Below, one piece after another: positions 11,160 through 21,826 of a stretch of DNA of 32,239 nucleotides; positions within the stretch are counted from its first letter, which is position 1; every line of letters begins with the position of its first letter. The position numbers were made by a program, and so were the translations under genes. The notes beneath the pieces are model-generated. The model was not told where the DNA came from. It did not search any database and worked only from the letters and a program-made list of their open reading frames with translations. Location: positions 18,821,029 through 18,853,267 of the forward strand of contig NC_068996.1 in the NCBI RefSeq assembly GCF_001194135.2, read 5' to 3'. Source of the stretch: Octopus bimaculoides. Its lineage: Eukaryota.

Positions 11160-11722
11160 TTATTATTGAGTGAGAGAGCAATGCATGCCATCAAAGTGAC
11201 ACTGGGGTAAAATATACGAAGCCCAGTGTACCCATCACGACTACCCATCTGATAAGGGTACACCAAACACATGCATCACAACCATATGTGCACTAGATGG
11301 TGATCTCATATCAAGATAAACAGCGCATAACCTTGCAGGTGGGACCCAGTTAAAACTTTTACAGGTCGAGAATTTTGTTCATCCCACTCAAAAGGTCCTT
11401 GAATAAGGGTTGTTTAAGGATGTTGAGCGAAACACCCATGTTTCCAGGGATGAATTATCCAAACCCCAATAAATTCTTCTCCCACACATGGTTATGATGC
11501 TCCCCCACTACTTCTGCTCATGATCAGAGATGCACATATCATCAGCCACCAAGGGACATGCTCAACTGGTTAAGGTCAAACAACTGACAAAGCAAATCTG
11601 TGGTATTAAGCAGAATATTTGCTGTAGCCCATCTTTTATACCAAGACAAAACAATGTACAGGATAACACTTCCAATCAGTTAAGAAGCCATGAGAGCCAC
11701 TGCCTGATACTGCATCAGGGCA
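11160..11722 (-). mobile_element. Unclassified interspersed retroelement-like repeat with (AAT)n tail
   Basis: A GC-richer block bounded by (TTA)n tracts, recognised from memory as a common octopus repeat. No coding motif was found. Confidence 0.45.
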
Positions 11723-12202
11723 TTATCATTATTATTATTATCAACATCATCATCATTACTATTGTTATTATTATTATTATTCTCCTCATCCTCCTCTTTA
11801 TCACCAGCAGTATATACACCTGGCACTTTAAATTATATTCAATCCTACAAAAAGATCTTCAATGTGCTCAATGGCCCTGCTAGAAATAGTTTCCAAGTCT
11901 CCGCTTGTTTACCACCTTAAAATATGGGATAAATTAGATAATTTCACTCAGATATACTGGGGCTGAAAATAAAAGATGAAGGTTGTAAAGCCTTTGGACA
12001 TACATCTCCTTGTCCAGGGCTGACCTAACCAACAACTATTTAGTTATAACACTGAATAACTATCAGGTCCTACAGACTGTAAATTATCATATGATAGTAA
12101 TAATATAATAATCTTAATGTAATCATAATTTGTGTTATTAATTAACCTGATTCGTTTTGAGTTTTTTTTTTTGTTGCATATGAATATTGTTTTGTTTTGT
12201 AG

Positions 12203-12358
12203 CTCAGAATACTGGTCTACATCGAAGAACGCTCGGGGATAACTTTGATCAACGGCTCAAAGTCACTCACTCAAGTTTTGTCACTACAGCGGATAACAGG
12301 TTCATTTTTGCTTGCGGATTTTGGGATAAAAGTTTCCGCATCTTTGCCACTGATTATG
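12203..12358 (+). CDS. NBEA: Neurobeachin-like, exon c (156 bp, first WD40)
   Basis: Acceptor ttttgtag|CT and donor TATG|gtaatt. Translates (A)[51 protein letters not shown], containing the hallmark TADNR...CGFWDKSFR motif of NBEA/LRBA. Confidence 0.96.
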
Positions 12359-12384
12359 GTAATTTTCCTCAATGATTTTATTAT

Positions 12385-12792
12385 CTTTTATCTTTTACCT
12401 TTTCCAGTCATTTGACTGCAGCCATGCTGAAGCACCAAATTAAAGGGTTTTAGTCAAAAAACGAATACCGGTGACTTATTTTTTTAAAGCCTGGTACTTA
12501 TTCTATCATCTCTTTTGCCAATCGCTAAGTTACTGGGACATAAATAGACTAACACCAGTTGTCAAGTGATGGTGTGGAGACAGACACAAAGAAAACATAC
12601 ACACACACACGCACACACACACACACATATACAATGGGCTTCTTTCAGTTTCTGTCTACTGAATCCACTCACAAGGCTTTGTTTGCTCCTAGGATCTACT
12701 ACAAGACACTTGCCCAACGTGTCACGCAGTGAGACTGGATCTAGAACCATGTGGTTGGGAAGCAAACTTCTAACTGTACAGCCATGCCTGCA
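12385..12792 (-). mobile_element. tRNA-derived SINE (same family as 1-372)
   Basis: Full head-body-tail homology to 1-372 in reverse, including the internal (CA)n tract. Confidence 0.85.
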
Positions 12793-13297
12793 CCTATTAA
12801 AATTTTTTTTTTTTAATTCTATAATTTTTCAAGATTTTTTTTTGTTAGTAATTAGTAATCTTTTGTTGTTGAAGTATACTTTGACCAGTAGAGCACAACC
12901 ACTAATATACTGACCAACACGCTACAGTCTTTGGCCATCCACTGTGCTTCCAGTATCTTTTACTGTTAATACAATGATTTCTGCTTCTCTAATTAGCAAG
13001 ATATATGAAACATACATTATTGAATATACTCTGTGTGGGGAAACTTCATATGGTTGCCGAATTTGCTAAAAATAGTAGCAGCTATCCTAGTTCCAATCTT
13101 ACTTTTAAATCTTACTGTAAGTGAGACTGCAGTCTAGAAAATAAATGAAGATAAAAAAAAGGTTGTAATGCCTTCAATCATATCTCTTCTCAATCAGAGC
13201 TAACCTGGAGCTAAAAAACAACAATAATTATAACATGAAAAACTTCTCTTGACATCATTACTGAGGCTTACCTGTCTTATTCCAAGCTAAACACATT

Positions 13298-14293
13298 TGT
13301 AAATGACCGTGTGAAGAGAGGTGACGAGAATGGCTCCTTAGTGCATCACACGGTCGATACAATAAATATAAAAGAATAAATGCGTATAAGTGTCAGAAGG
13401 AAAAGAGAGACACAACCGGGTAGAATGTTTAAGAGAATATTTATTGATAGGTTAACATATGTATCTGTAGTGCATCATGTTTACATGATAATAGACAGGC
13501 CTTCATGAGAACAGTGTGTGTGTGCATAAGCATGGATGTATACATGTGTGTTAAGTACTGAGCATTGAAAAAGTCTATAATATGACGTTAGAAGAATGTT
13601 CAGATGCAAGGATGATAAATACCAGTTCGTAGTCAATGTACACAATAGTTGAAATGCTGTACCGAGAAGTTGTGGCTGTAATGCAGAGCCAGTTGAGGTA
13701 CATGTACGTGAAGTGGCTGCGATGCTGCTGCTGGTCACTTGGAACAGGAGTTCTCGCAGGTTGTATTTGCTGTTAACCATGGTGAAGTAATTCACAAACA
13801 CTGCTGTGTTGGAACCTGTGTGAGTGTTGCTAGTTGCTGTGTACGTAGAGAGATGTTGACGTTAGGACAAATGGTGGCGACGGAGATGGAGTTCATCAAA
13901 TGCTGTTGGACGAAGTTGATGAGTCTCCATGTGGCTGCTGTTGTGTTGTCGCTGGAACTGGCTATGTCCTGTGTGGTCAGTGGCTAGACCTTAAAAGGTC
14001 TGGAACCGAAAGACATCAAGATGAGGAAAAGCTGGAGTTTTTATAGGGAGCAGTCGGCTCAGACTGAGGTTTAGAACAGACTGTCTCATATGACCTTATT
14101 TGAAGGCTGCGACTGGTTGGGTTACATCTTGGCGCGCAAAAGAGCAAAAGACAAATTGCGCCAATACCAACCAATCAGAGTAGTGGACACAAAAAGGTCC
14201 AAAAGTGTGGCCGAAGGCTAGCTGTTATCTACTATGTCCATATTTATATTTATATAACAGAGAGAGAAGAATTTCCCTCTAGCGTACGCTACA
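13298..14293 (-). mobile_element. Solo LTR (about 1 kb, Gypsy/BEL-type)
   Basis: Termini TGTA...TACA and a 4-bp TSD CATT at 13294-13297 and 14294-14297. CpG-rich relative to its flanks. The minus-strand AATAAA near 13440 suggests orientation. Confidence 0.8.
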
Positions 14294-15109
14294 CATTGTT
14301 ATTTTGTTTGGTATATCCATTTTGTGCTCATATTTTATCTATTTATATTGTGTTTAACCCCTTTAATAGTATTAACCTTATCCTTCTGTAAAACCCTGCA
14401 AAACTAATGATCAATTTACTTCTTCAAATGTAATAATGAAATAGAGTTTACTGTATTTAGTAAAATATTTAAAAATAATAACTGTCTTGTTTTTTAAGTA
14501 GGGAAGATTCTCATGTCTTTAAGTTTTTCAAATGGTGTTGTAACATTTCAAAAATTGCTGATATATGAGGAAATTCTATCATTACACAGTAAATACTGTG
14601 TATGTGTGTGAATAATCAGAGCACTCAATCCATGATACAGTATTTATTTTTATTTTGGTTAACATTTCGTGATTTATTCAATCAATAATTAGGCATTCAC
14701 ATATGTACACAAGATATAAGTATGTATTATCTTCCAGATGATAAATGTGAAAACTGTGATATCCTTAGGGCATTTGAAAGGTTGGTTATCATTGGTTAAT
14801 GCTGATCACATGATCATATTTATTGCAGGTTTACGGATGGTGGTGCTATTATTTTTGTGTTCCTGCAATGTAGAGGGAGACAACTCCATTCAGTTTATTG
14901 TTACGAAGGGAAATTCTCCATTAGCCTGGTTAGGAGTTGATAATATTGATTTTTATGAACTGTTGCTTTGAAGCAGCTTGAAATTTTCAAATAGGAACCT
15001 TCTTCAATAAAAGCAGTTGGATAATTGTCATCTCCTCTTAAGAAATGTCTCAGTTTGTTTCAGGATCTTCCTGCTTTTTACCAAAGAAGTATTTAGTTTC
15101 ACATTATCA

Positions 15110-15840
15110 GAGTGAATGTTTTGGCTGGATAGTTTCCATATTCTTATTTGGTCTCTTGTTCGTAATGGCCTCTCTTAGCTTTTAGAGTGTCTCAATGTAC
15201 AGATTGTTGTTCAAACTACAGCCACATTCCAGAATACCAAAGAGAATGATGCCCTTGTCATTTTAAACAGCAGTCCCCACCAATTGCTGTGCCAATTACA
15301 GAAGGTTCTTGAACTTTAGCTCTTGGAAAAGAAGTGTGATGCCATTCCATGGGCTGAGCATTTGTTTCTAGATCATAAAGATCTGCATCTTCATCACACA
15401 TTTCTGTTGGTTTTAAATGCTTCCAGCTGGTCAGTGCACCCATCTCTCTTACAAATCAAGGGTCATTTGCTGAGCTACTCACTTTATACACATTTTCGGA
15501 TACCCAAAGTCTTCCTCCTTACTTCTGTAATGCATTGTGTTCACAATCCAGTTGTGCAGCAAACTTACTGATTAAGATTTGTCTGTCAGTGTGAATCACT
15601 TTATCCTCTTACTGGCGATTCATGTCAGCATTCACAGTTGATGGTCTCCTACTACAAGATTTGGCCTCAATACTGGTTTCCTATTCTTTAAACTTCTTCA
15701 TTCATCTGTGCACATTGTTCTTGTCAATTGCATCATCTCTGTGAACAATCTGTAGCACACCTGTGGATATTGGATAGCCAATTCCCTTTCTTCGTTGATA
15801 ACTCTAAAATGGCATGCTATTTCTGCTTGGAACCCACAAT
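15110..15840 (-). pseudogene. Degenerate mariner transposase
   Basis: Minus-strand fragments RDDAIDKNNVHR*MKKFKN and SRRPSTV (HTH region), GYPKMCIK*VAQQMT (WVPHEL-like) at 15461-15505, and YDLETNAQPMEWHHTSFPRAK. Many stops and frameshifts. Confidence 0.85.
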
Positions 15841-16223
15841 TTGCCTACAATAAAGAACAAGAAGAAGGATTATTGTAGTGGAAGAGTTACTCTACAAGCA
15901 TGTGTGAATTGAATGATATATGTCTGTTGTAAAAAAGTTTGTATTACTTTTGATATAACCTTCATGTGTGTGTGTGTGTATGTGTGTAGTTAATCTTTAC
16001 TTCTATATTAATTAAATCCTTTATAATTTATTCTGGGTTAATTATTATTAATTACTCTTTATTCTTAATGCATTTAATATACACTAGCTGTGTTATGTCT
16101 ACTCACACACACACGTCTATTAAAAGAACCAGAACAACAACGCTACTTTCTTAACCACCTTCCTTTATCATATCTCATTCTTCTACTCATATTGCCATTC
16201 TTTTAACATTTCTATTTTTACAG

Positions 16224-16391
16224 CAAGAATAGTTCAAGTCATATATGGTCACTTTGACATAGTCACTTGCATCACTAAGTCAGAGAATAATACCAATTAT
16301 GACTGTTACATTGTTACCGGTTCCAAAGACTGCACTGTGATGGTCTGGCAGTTCAATGCTCGCAACCAAGCAATAATTGGAGATATTGGAA
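16224..16391 (+). CDS. NBEA: Neurobeachin-like, exon d (168 bp, WD40)
   Basis: Acceptor tttttacag|CA and donor GGAA|gtaagt. Translates (A)RIVQVIYGHFDIVTCITKSENNTNYDCYIVTGSKDCTVMVWQFNARNQAIIGDIG, compared with NBEA GHWDVVTCLARSE...DCYIVSGSRD. Confidence 0.96.
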
Positions 16392-17044
16392 GTAAGTACT
16401 TATTCTTAATGATATATCATACAGTGATGTTTGAGCTACTGACAACAGGTACAGATCCTGTTTTCTGGTTCCTTTCAAAGCCAAAGAAGGAACAACTTGT
16501 TAGAAATAGCGGGCAATTTCTCTCAAATTACAATCAATCATCTGAAGAAAATACACATTGAACAGTATAGCCCTTGGTATAGAGAAAGATTTAAATGGTT
16601 ACAAGAACGGTTTTGATTACAAGTCTGTTGGATCAAAATTCACCTGGGGCTAAACAGCAACACCACCTCTTACTACTAAATTATACATTGTACAATGTAT
16701 GTCTGGGCACAACTGGAACAAGCATCTTTTTTTCCATGAATTTACTCAAGTTGGATCGATCTGGGGTTTGCACATCAATAACATGTTGTTTTTTAATGTT
16801 TGATCACTGTAATTTCCAACCCTATTTCCTTGTTTGATTTTGTTTTTCTTTCTTACTTGCTGGGTCTGGAAGAAGAGGCAGTGCCCACGGCCTTTATAAG
16901 TCAATGTCTTTGAGGGAATTTCAGAGGACCATTGTTCCGTAAAGGAAGGATTGGGTGCAGAGATTAGTCTGGAACCAGGGGAGTTAGATTCAGCAAGAGT
17001 GATGAGTGCGCTGGGAGTATCTGGGGTGCTGAAACCATTGTCAT

Positions 17045-17350
17045 AGGGAAGGCCATGGGTTAGTTATTTGGGCATTTGGCTCATGATCATAATGTTGTGA
17101 GTTTGATTCCTGGTAGTATGTTGTGCCCTTGAGCAAGACACTTTATTTCACATTGCTCCAGTCACACAGCTGGCAAAAATGAGTAATTCAAAGGGCCAGC
17201 CTTGTCACATTCTGTGTCATGCTGAATCTCCCTGAGAACTATGTTAAGGGTACACATGTCTGTGGAGTACTCAGCCACTTGCATGTTAATTTCATGAGCA
17301 GGCTGTTCTGTTGAATGGATGAAGTGAAGCCCTTGTTGTTGTATCCTACA
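17045..17350 (+). mobile_element. tRNA-derived SINE, third family
   Basis: A-box-like GGTTAGTTATTTGG, B-box-like GAGTTTGATTCC, followed by CCCTTGAGCAAGACACTT. Confidence 0.65.
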
Positions 17351-17899
17351 GAGTGCCAGTTTTTGGTGTCTGAGAGAGGGTCTAGAGTGCCTGTTTGCTA
17401 GTGGCTGGACAATGTCTTTAAGTAACTACAAACCAATCAGTTGGGTGGTCATTTTCTGGTTGCAGTCAGCAATGTCTGTGTGTAACTTCTGGATTGTTTC
17501 ATATGTGAGGGTAATACTTCCATTTTGGATCCCACCCAAGCTTTGTAGAATATAAAAAAATTATTGGAGCTGAAGTTATCTTCTGGCTGCTCTGAACAGA
17601 AGAACCAGTCACTAGGATGTGATCCTAGCAATGTTAAGGATGTGCTGTTGCTAGGAAAGATCTCTGATAATAGTAAGACTAAACATTTAGAGCAATTTTA
17701 AAAGAGTATCTTTTAATTATGAAATGTTCTTAGGTTTTCATGGCTCCTTAACCCCATGGAATTTTTAAGGGATGGTCTTCAGTTCTGATTTCAAAGTAGG
17801 AGCTAGGTAAGAGATAATCACACTACTGGATGTGACATAGACAGCACTTTCAGATGATCTGGTTCTTTGTTTCCAAATCTATGCCACTAGAGAGTCTTT

Positions 17900-18090
17900 A
17901 AATAGTTGCAGGACCTGCTAGAAATAGCATCCAAGTCTCCCTCAAATCACATATCTTTAAGAAAGGACACACTGCGTAATGTGGTTACAGCAATGTTGGA
18001 TGTGAATAGACAGGCATGGTTGTGACTAAGGTGTCTTTAGTCAAAGGTCTACTTGTCAGGGTTGATTTAGGGTTAAATAGCTACAAACTA
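17900..18090 (+). mobile_element. Abundant short repeat with an (AAC)n-like tail (representative copy)
   Basis: CCTGCTAGAAATAGCA.CCAA..CTCCCTCAAATCAC. Homologous copies at about 1260-1470, 5110-5270, 6240-6450(-), 11865-12045, 13050-13225 and 25375-25585(-). Confidence 0.65.
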
Positions 18091-18198
18091 CATGAAGTTA
18101 ACCTTTTGAATATAAGTGACTGAACTATTGACTATGTTGCCATGTCTGCAATATGAATTTCTGATCAATCAACCACACAAGCTACCAATCATTAAGTG

Positions 18199-18232
<34 letters not shown>

Positions 18233-19364
18233 GTAATGTCCGTTGTCCATGCTGGCATGGGTTGGATGGTTTGACCAGGGCTGGCAAGCTGCACCAAGTT
18301 CCAGTCTGATTTGGCTTGGTTTCTATGGCTGGATGCCCTTTCTAATACAAACCACTTTACAGTGTGGGCTGGGTGCATTTACTTGGCACTGGATCAAATG
18401 CATTTTATGTGACACTGTCACACAATTCTTGCAGGCCAATCAGAAATCAACTTGCATCCTCCTGGCCAATCAGAAGCCTCAGCTCGTGTAACCTCTGGTT
18501 TGTAAGAGCTGAGTGAGTGTGTGCGTGTGTTTGCATCAGTTTTTCCAAATTCTTTATTATTGTTTATATTTTTAATGTAAATCAATGGAAAAATAACCCA
18601 GAAAGAGCCTAATTGGTTAAACGGCCAAAATATTAAACCTTGAGGAGGAGAGTGAACAGGATGATAATTACAGTAATAATAAGGATTTCTGAGCTGAGTA
18701 ATGGCGATGGTGGTGGTAGTGGTGGTGGCAGCAGCGACAACAGAGTGTGTATGTGTGTGCACATGCACACATGCACGTGATTAGCACATGAGTGTGACAA
18801 CGATGTACATTGTGTGGAGTTGTGGGAGAGGTGTGGTGCTGCAAAAAAGCAAACCTCCCTCACTCACACTACAGTGAACAAGTACTGCTGGAGTTTTATG
18901 ACCATCATTGGCATCATTGATTGATGTCCATTTTCCATGCTAGATAATTTGACAGGATTTGTCAAGCCACAAGACTATGATGGTCTCCAATGTCTGCTTT
19001 TACCAGGTTTTCTGTGGCTGGATGCCCTTTCTATTGCCAACCACATTACAAAGTGTATTGGGTATTTATGTAACACCAGTGAGGTTACTATGTAACTTGT
19101 AAGAGAAGAAAAGGAAAATTTTCCCTTCATTAAGTAGGGGAGAGGAGTATTTGACGGTAGGCAGGTGACTTTATGCTAGGTGTTGAGAGGTTAAAATATA
19201 ATAGAACAGGCCCAAGTATCTTGTTAAAGATACTTGACTACCCCTCATTATATAAGGGTGAGTGGGAAAAACATAAAGATGTTGTGAAGTTTCATTTAAT
19301 TTTTAATTTACAAACTTGTGTTTGAAAATATATAATTGAATAATAGATGCTGTCTTTGTTTCAG

Positions 19365-19469
19365 CTGCTGAGAAGCCAACCCCGAAAGCTACATTGACTG
19401 GTCACCAAACTGAAGTTATATGTGTGGCTGTTCTTTCCGAGTTAGGATTGGTCATCAGTGGTTCCAGAA
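19365..19469 (+). CDS. NBEA: Neurobeachin-like, exon e (105 bp, WD40)
   Basis: Acceptor tttgtttcag|CT and donor AGAA|gtaagt. Translates (T)AEKPTPKATLTGHQTEVICVAVLSELGLVISGSR, compared with NBEA PRAVLTGHDHEVVCVSVCAELGLVISG. Confidence 0.96.
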
Positions 19470-19723
19470 GTAAGTATTCTGCAAAAAAAAAAAATAAAAA
19501 TAATAATAATAATAGTTAATAAGATAATAATCTTGAGTAAAAGACTTTATTTCACAGTGCTCCAGTTCACTCAGCTGTAAGTAACAGACTAGCATTCCCT
19601 TTAGGGAGAATATTGTGATCTCAGTCACTCATACACAATAGAAACCAAGTAACTGGCCCTGTGAGTCTAGGACTCGAGACAATAAAGCCTAAGAATTGTT
19701 GATAATAATTTAATGAGTTATAC

Positions 19724-19947
19724 TGACCCTCAAAAGTTTAACTCTGTCAAATGTAATGTTTATTCATTCACATTGTTTTGAGTTAGTCATGTACTATCTC
19801 ATAGCCTTGAGATTTCACTGATGTGATTGTTTAATTTCACAGTCCGACATCATAGGGTAAGTGTGAGAGGCAGGATTTGGCCAGTTTGAATATAAAATGG
19901 GTAAAATATTTTAGCCAGATATGGCCAGTTTAACTGCTAAAGGGTAA
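19724..19947 (+). mobile_element. TTAA-flanked piggyBac-type MITE, copy 1
   Basis: TGACCCT...GCTAAAGGGTAA, with CCC/GGG termini next to (T)TAA. Reverse-complementary to copy 2. Confidence 0.75.
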
Positions 19948-20602
19948 CCATTTTAGCAATTAACCCCGCCATATCCAGCCAAAATATTCTGCTTATTTTA
20001 TGTTCAGACTGGTCAGATCCTGCCTCTCACACATATTCTACAATGTCACTCTAAAAATAAACAATCAAATCATCAGAATTTTGATGCTACAAGGCAATTC
20101 ATGATTAATTCAAAGTAATGTGAATAAATCCTCGAAGGAATTGTCCCAAACTTTGACATCGAAAGTTACACAAATAAAAGAACTGGACACCATTACATAG
20201 TGCCAAGGACTCCAAATTTGCCATCAAGATGTAGGACAAGATACTGCAATAGCCTGGGCTTCAGAGGTCCACAGCTCTTCAATATCCTCCCGAAGGACCT
20301 GAGAGACCTGCATGCGGTGGATGTAGGTGTCTTCAAGATGAGGCTGGACCTCTTCCTGTCAGGTGTCCCAGATGAACCAACTTCACGGCAGGAGGTGCAG
20401 ATGAGAGCAGCTGCATCAAACTCTCTCATGCACCAAATGTCAATTCCTGAAGTAAAATTCGTGAAGTAAAATTGTGTAGCAACATCAAATGGCGGTGCCC
20501 CAGCATGGCCACAGCTCATGAGCTGAAACTAGATAAAATGAAAAATGAAAATGAAAATACTTATTACATTTGGAAAAAATTATCTGAATGCTTAAGGGTT
20601 AA
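19945..20602 (-). mobile_element. TTAA-flanked piggyBac-type MITE, copy 2, interrupted by a LINE
   Basis: Begins TAACCATTTTAGCA, is interrupted at about 20128-20558, and resumes to end ATCTGAATGCTTAAGGGTTAA. Confidence 0.75.
20128..20558 (+). mobile_element. 5'-truncated CR1/L2-group LINE 3' end
   Basis: Open frame ILEGIVPNF...RYCNSLGFRGPQLFNILPKDLRDL..VDVGVFKMRLDLFLSGVPDEP..RAAASNSL, typical of the CR1/L2-type ORF2 C-terminus. It is followed by a 3'UTR hairpin and a (GAAAAT)n tail. Confidence 0.85.
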
Positions 20603-20729
20603 AGATAATATTTTCCTTGGTGATACTTGAATTCAGAACATAACGACCTGCAAATAAATGTTGTAAGATATTTCATCTGTTGCTCTAATAGTTCCTCTGA
20701 TCTATCTCCCTTGTATAGAAACAGTTATT

Positions 20730-20880
20730 GGTGATGAACTGGCTGAGTCATTAAAGCATCAGACAAAATATTTGGCAGTATTTACTCAGGCTTCTTGTAT
20801 TTTGAGTTTAATTCCTGCCAAGGTCAATTTTTTGTCTTTCATCATTCTGGAGTTGATGAAATTAAATACCAGCCTTGGGA
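20730..20880 (+). mobile_element. Old copy of the SINE family at 5660-5886
   Basis: GAGTTTAATTCCTGCCAAGGTCAA...TCTTTCATCATTCTGGAGTTGATGAAATTAAATACCAG. Confidence 0.65.
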
Positions 20881-21094
20881 GGTAGACTTGTTGAATTATT
20901 AGAGTGACAGGTAGGATGCACTGCAATGTTTATTTGACTCTTCATCTTATGAGTTCAAATCCCACCATAGCCTACAAAATTTGTTGCTCTGTTTAACACC
21001 TCTTTCTTTCCCTGCCTTCCTTTCTCTTACCTGTCTGGCTGGTCCTGAAAGGGTCATGGACATTTCCCTTCTTTATTAAACAATAATGATAATA

Positions 21095-21303
21095 ATGATT
21101 TCAAATTTTGGCTTACGGCCAACAATTTCTGGGAAGAGGGTGAGATGGTTACATTGACCCCAGTACTCAACTGGTGCTTATTTTATCAATCCTGAAAGGA
21201 TGAAAGGCAAAGTTGGCCCTGGAGGAATTTGAACTCAGAACATAAAGATGGACAAAATGCTGCTAAGCACTTTGCCCAGCTTGCTAACAGTTCTGCCAGC
21301 TTA
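21095..21303 (-). mobile_element. SINE, family of 5660-5886
   Basis: GAAAGGATGAAAGGCAAAGTT...GGAATTTGAACTCAGAA, near-identical to the 5770-5820 segment. A further copy lies at about 21880-22088(-). Confidence 0.8.
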
Positions 21304-21415
21304 CGACCTCAACCCTTTAGAATTCATATTCACATTCAGTTCTATATTTAAGAGATGAGGAATTATGTTCATTATTTATATTTGACGGATATTTGTCTTC
21401 ACCTTGTTTGCTGTT

Positions 21416-21461
21416 AACACAATGTTTCGGCTGATATACCCTCCAGCCTTCTTCAGGTGTC
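21416..21461 (-). ncRNA. Minimal type I hammerhead motif (Penelope pLTR type)
   Basis: Minus strand reads GACAC [CTGAAGA] A GGCTG-GAGGGTATAT-CAGCC [GAAAC] ATT GTGTT. Stems I and II are intact; it is one G>A change from the palindromic AACGTT stem III. Confidence 0.75.
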
Positions 21462-21531
21462 TTGGGGAAATTTCGAACCTGTGTTCTCATTCATAAGGTA
21501 TTTTTTGATGTTACTATTATTATTATTAGGA

Positions 21532-21617
21532 TCACTGCCTGGAATCGAACTTGGAATCTTGGGGTTAAGAGTGTGGGCTACTAACTCCAAGATTCCAAGT
21601 TCAATTCCAGACAGTGA
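21532..21617. repeat. Fold-back of a tRNA-like head: 36-bp arms, 14-nt loop
   Basis: 21532-21567 pairs with 21582-21617 (33 WC, 1 GU, 2 A.C). Each arm carries a B box (GTTCGATTCC on -, GTTCAATTCC on +). Confidence 0.9.
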
Positions 21618-21650
21618 CTTGAACAATAACAATAATAATAATAATAATAA

Positions 21651-21795
21651 TGTAAATGCCATGGTCTTCTGTGCCTTGCTCCTATCTGCAAGCTGGCGTG
21701 TGGTATGAATGTTTTAAGAACCCGATAGGGTCCAGTGTAGGGAGGTGTGAGCGATCCGTTTATTGTGGCCATACGTATCTACACAATGGAATGAT
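21651..21795 (-). mobile_element. Gypsy integrase C-terminal fragment
   Basis: Minus-strand frame SLTPPYTGPYRVL, the GPY/F motif of Gypsy integrases. This is short evidence only. Confidence 0.5.
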
Positions 21796-21826
21796 AAACA
21801 GATATGGCCAGTTTGAATACTAAAGG

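Noticed and set aside
13481-13987. ORFs of 106 and 82 aa
   Set aside because: They lie inside the solo LTR and show no recognisable domain.
14738-15070. Possible RT remnant (NVEGDNSIQF resembling a PLE E..NNSLPFLD motif)
   Set aside because: The similarity is too short and no flanking RT motif could be read.
16860-17890. GC-richer degenerate coding-like block with a repeated HP.DWF peptide on the minus strand
   Set aside because: It is probably an old TE split by a SINE, but I could not assign any family or open frame; a repeat-library or tblastx search is needed.
21563-21617. Possible tRNA gene (anticodon loop CTACTAA)
   Set aside because: The acceptor stem and 5' D arm are missing and the T arm does not pair; it is treated as a SINE-type head.
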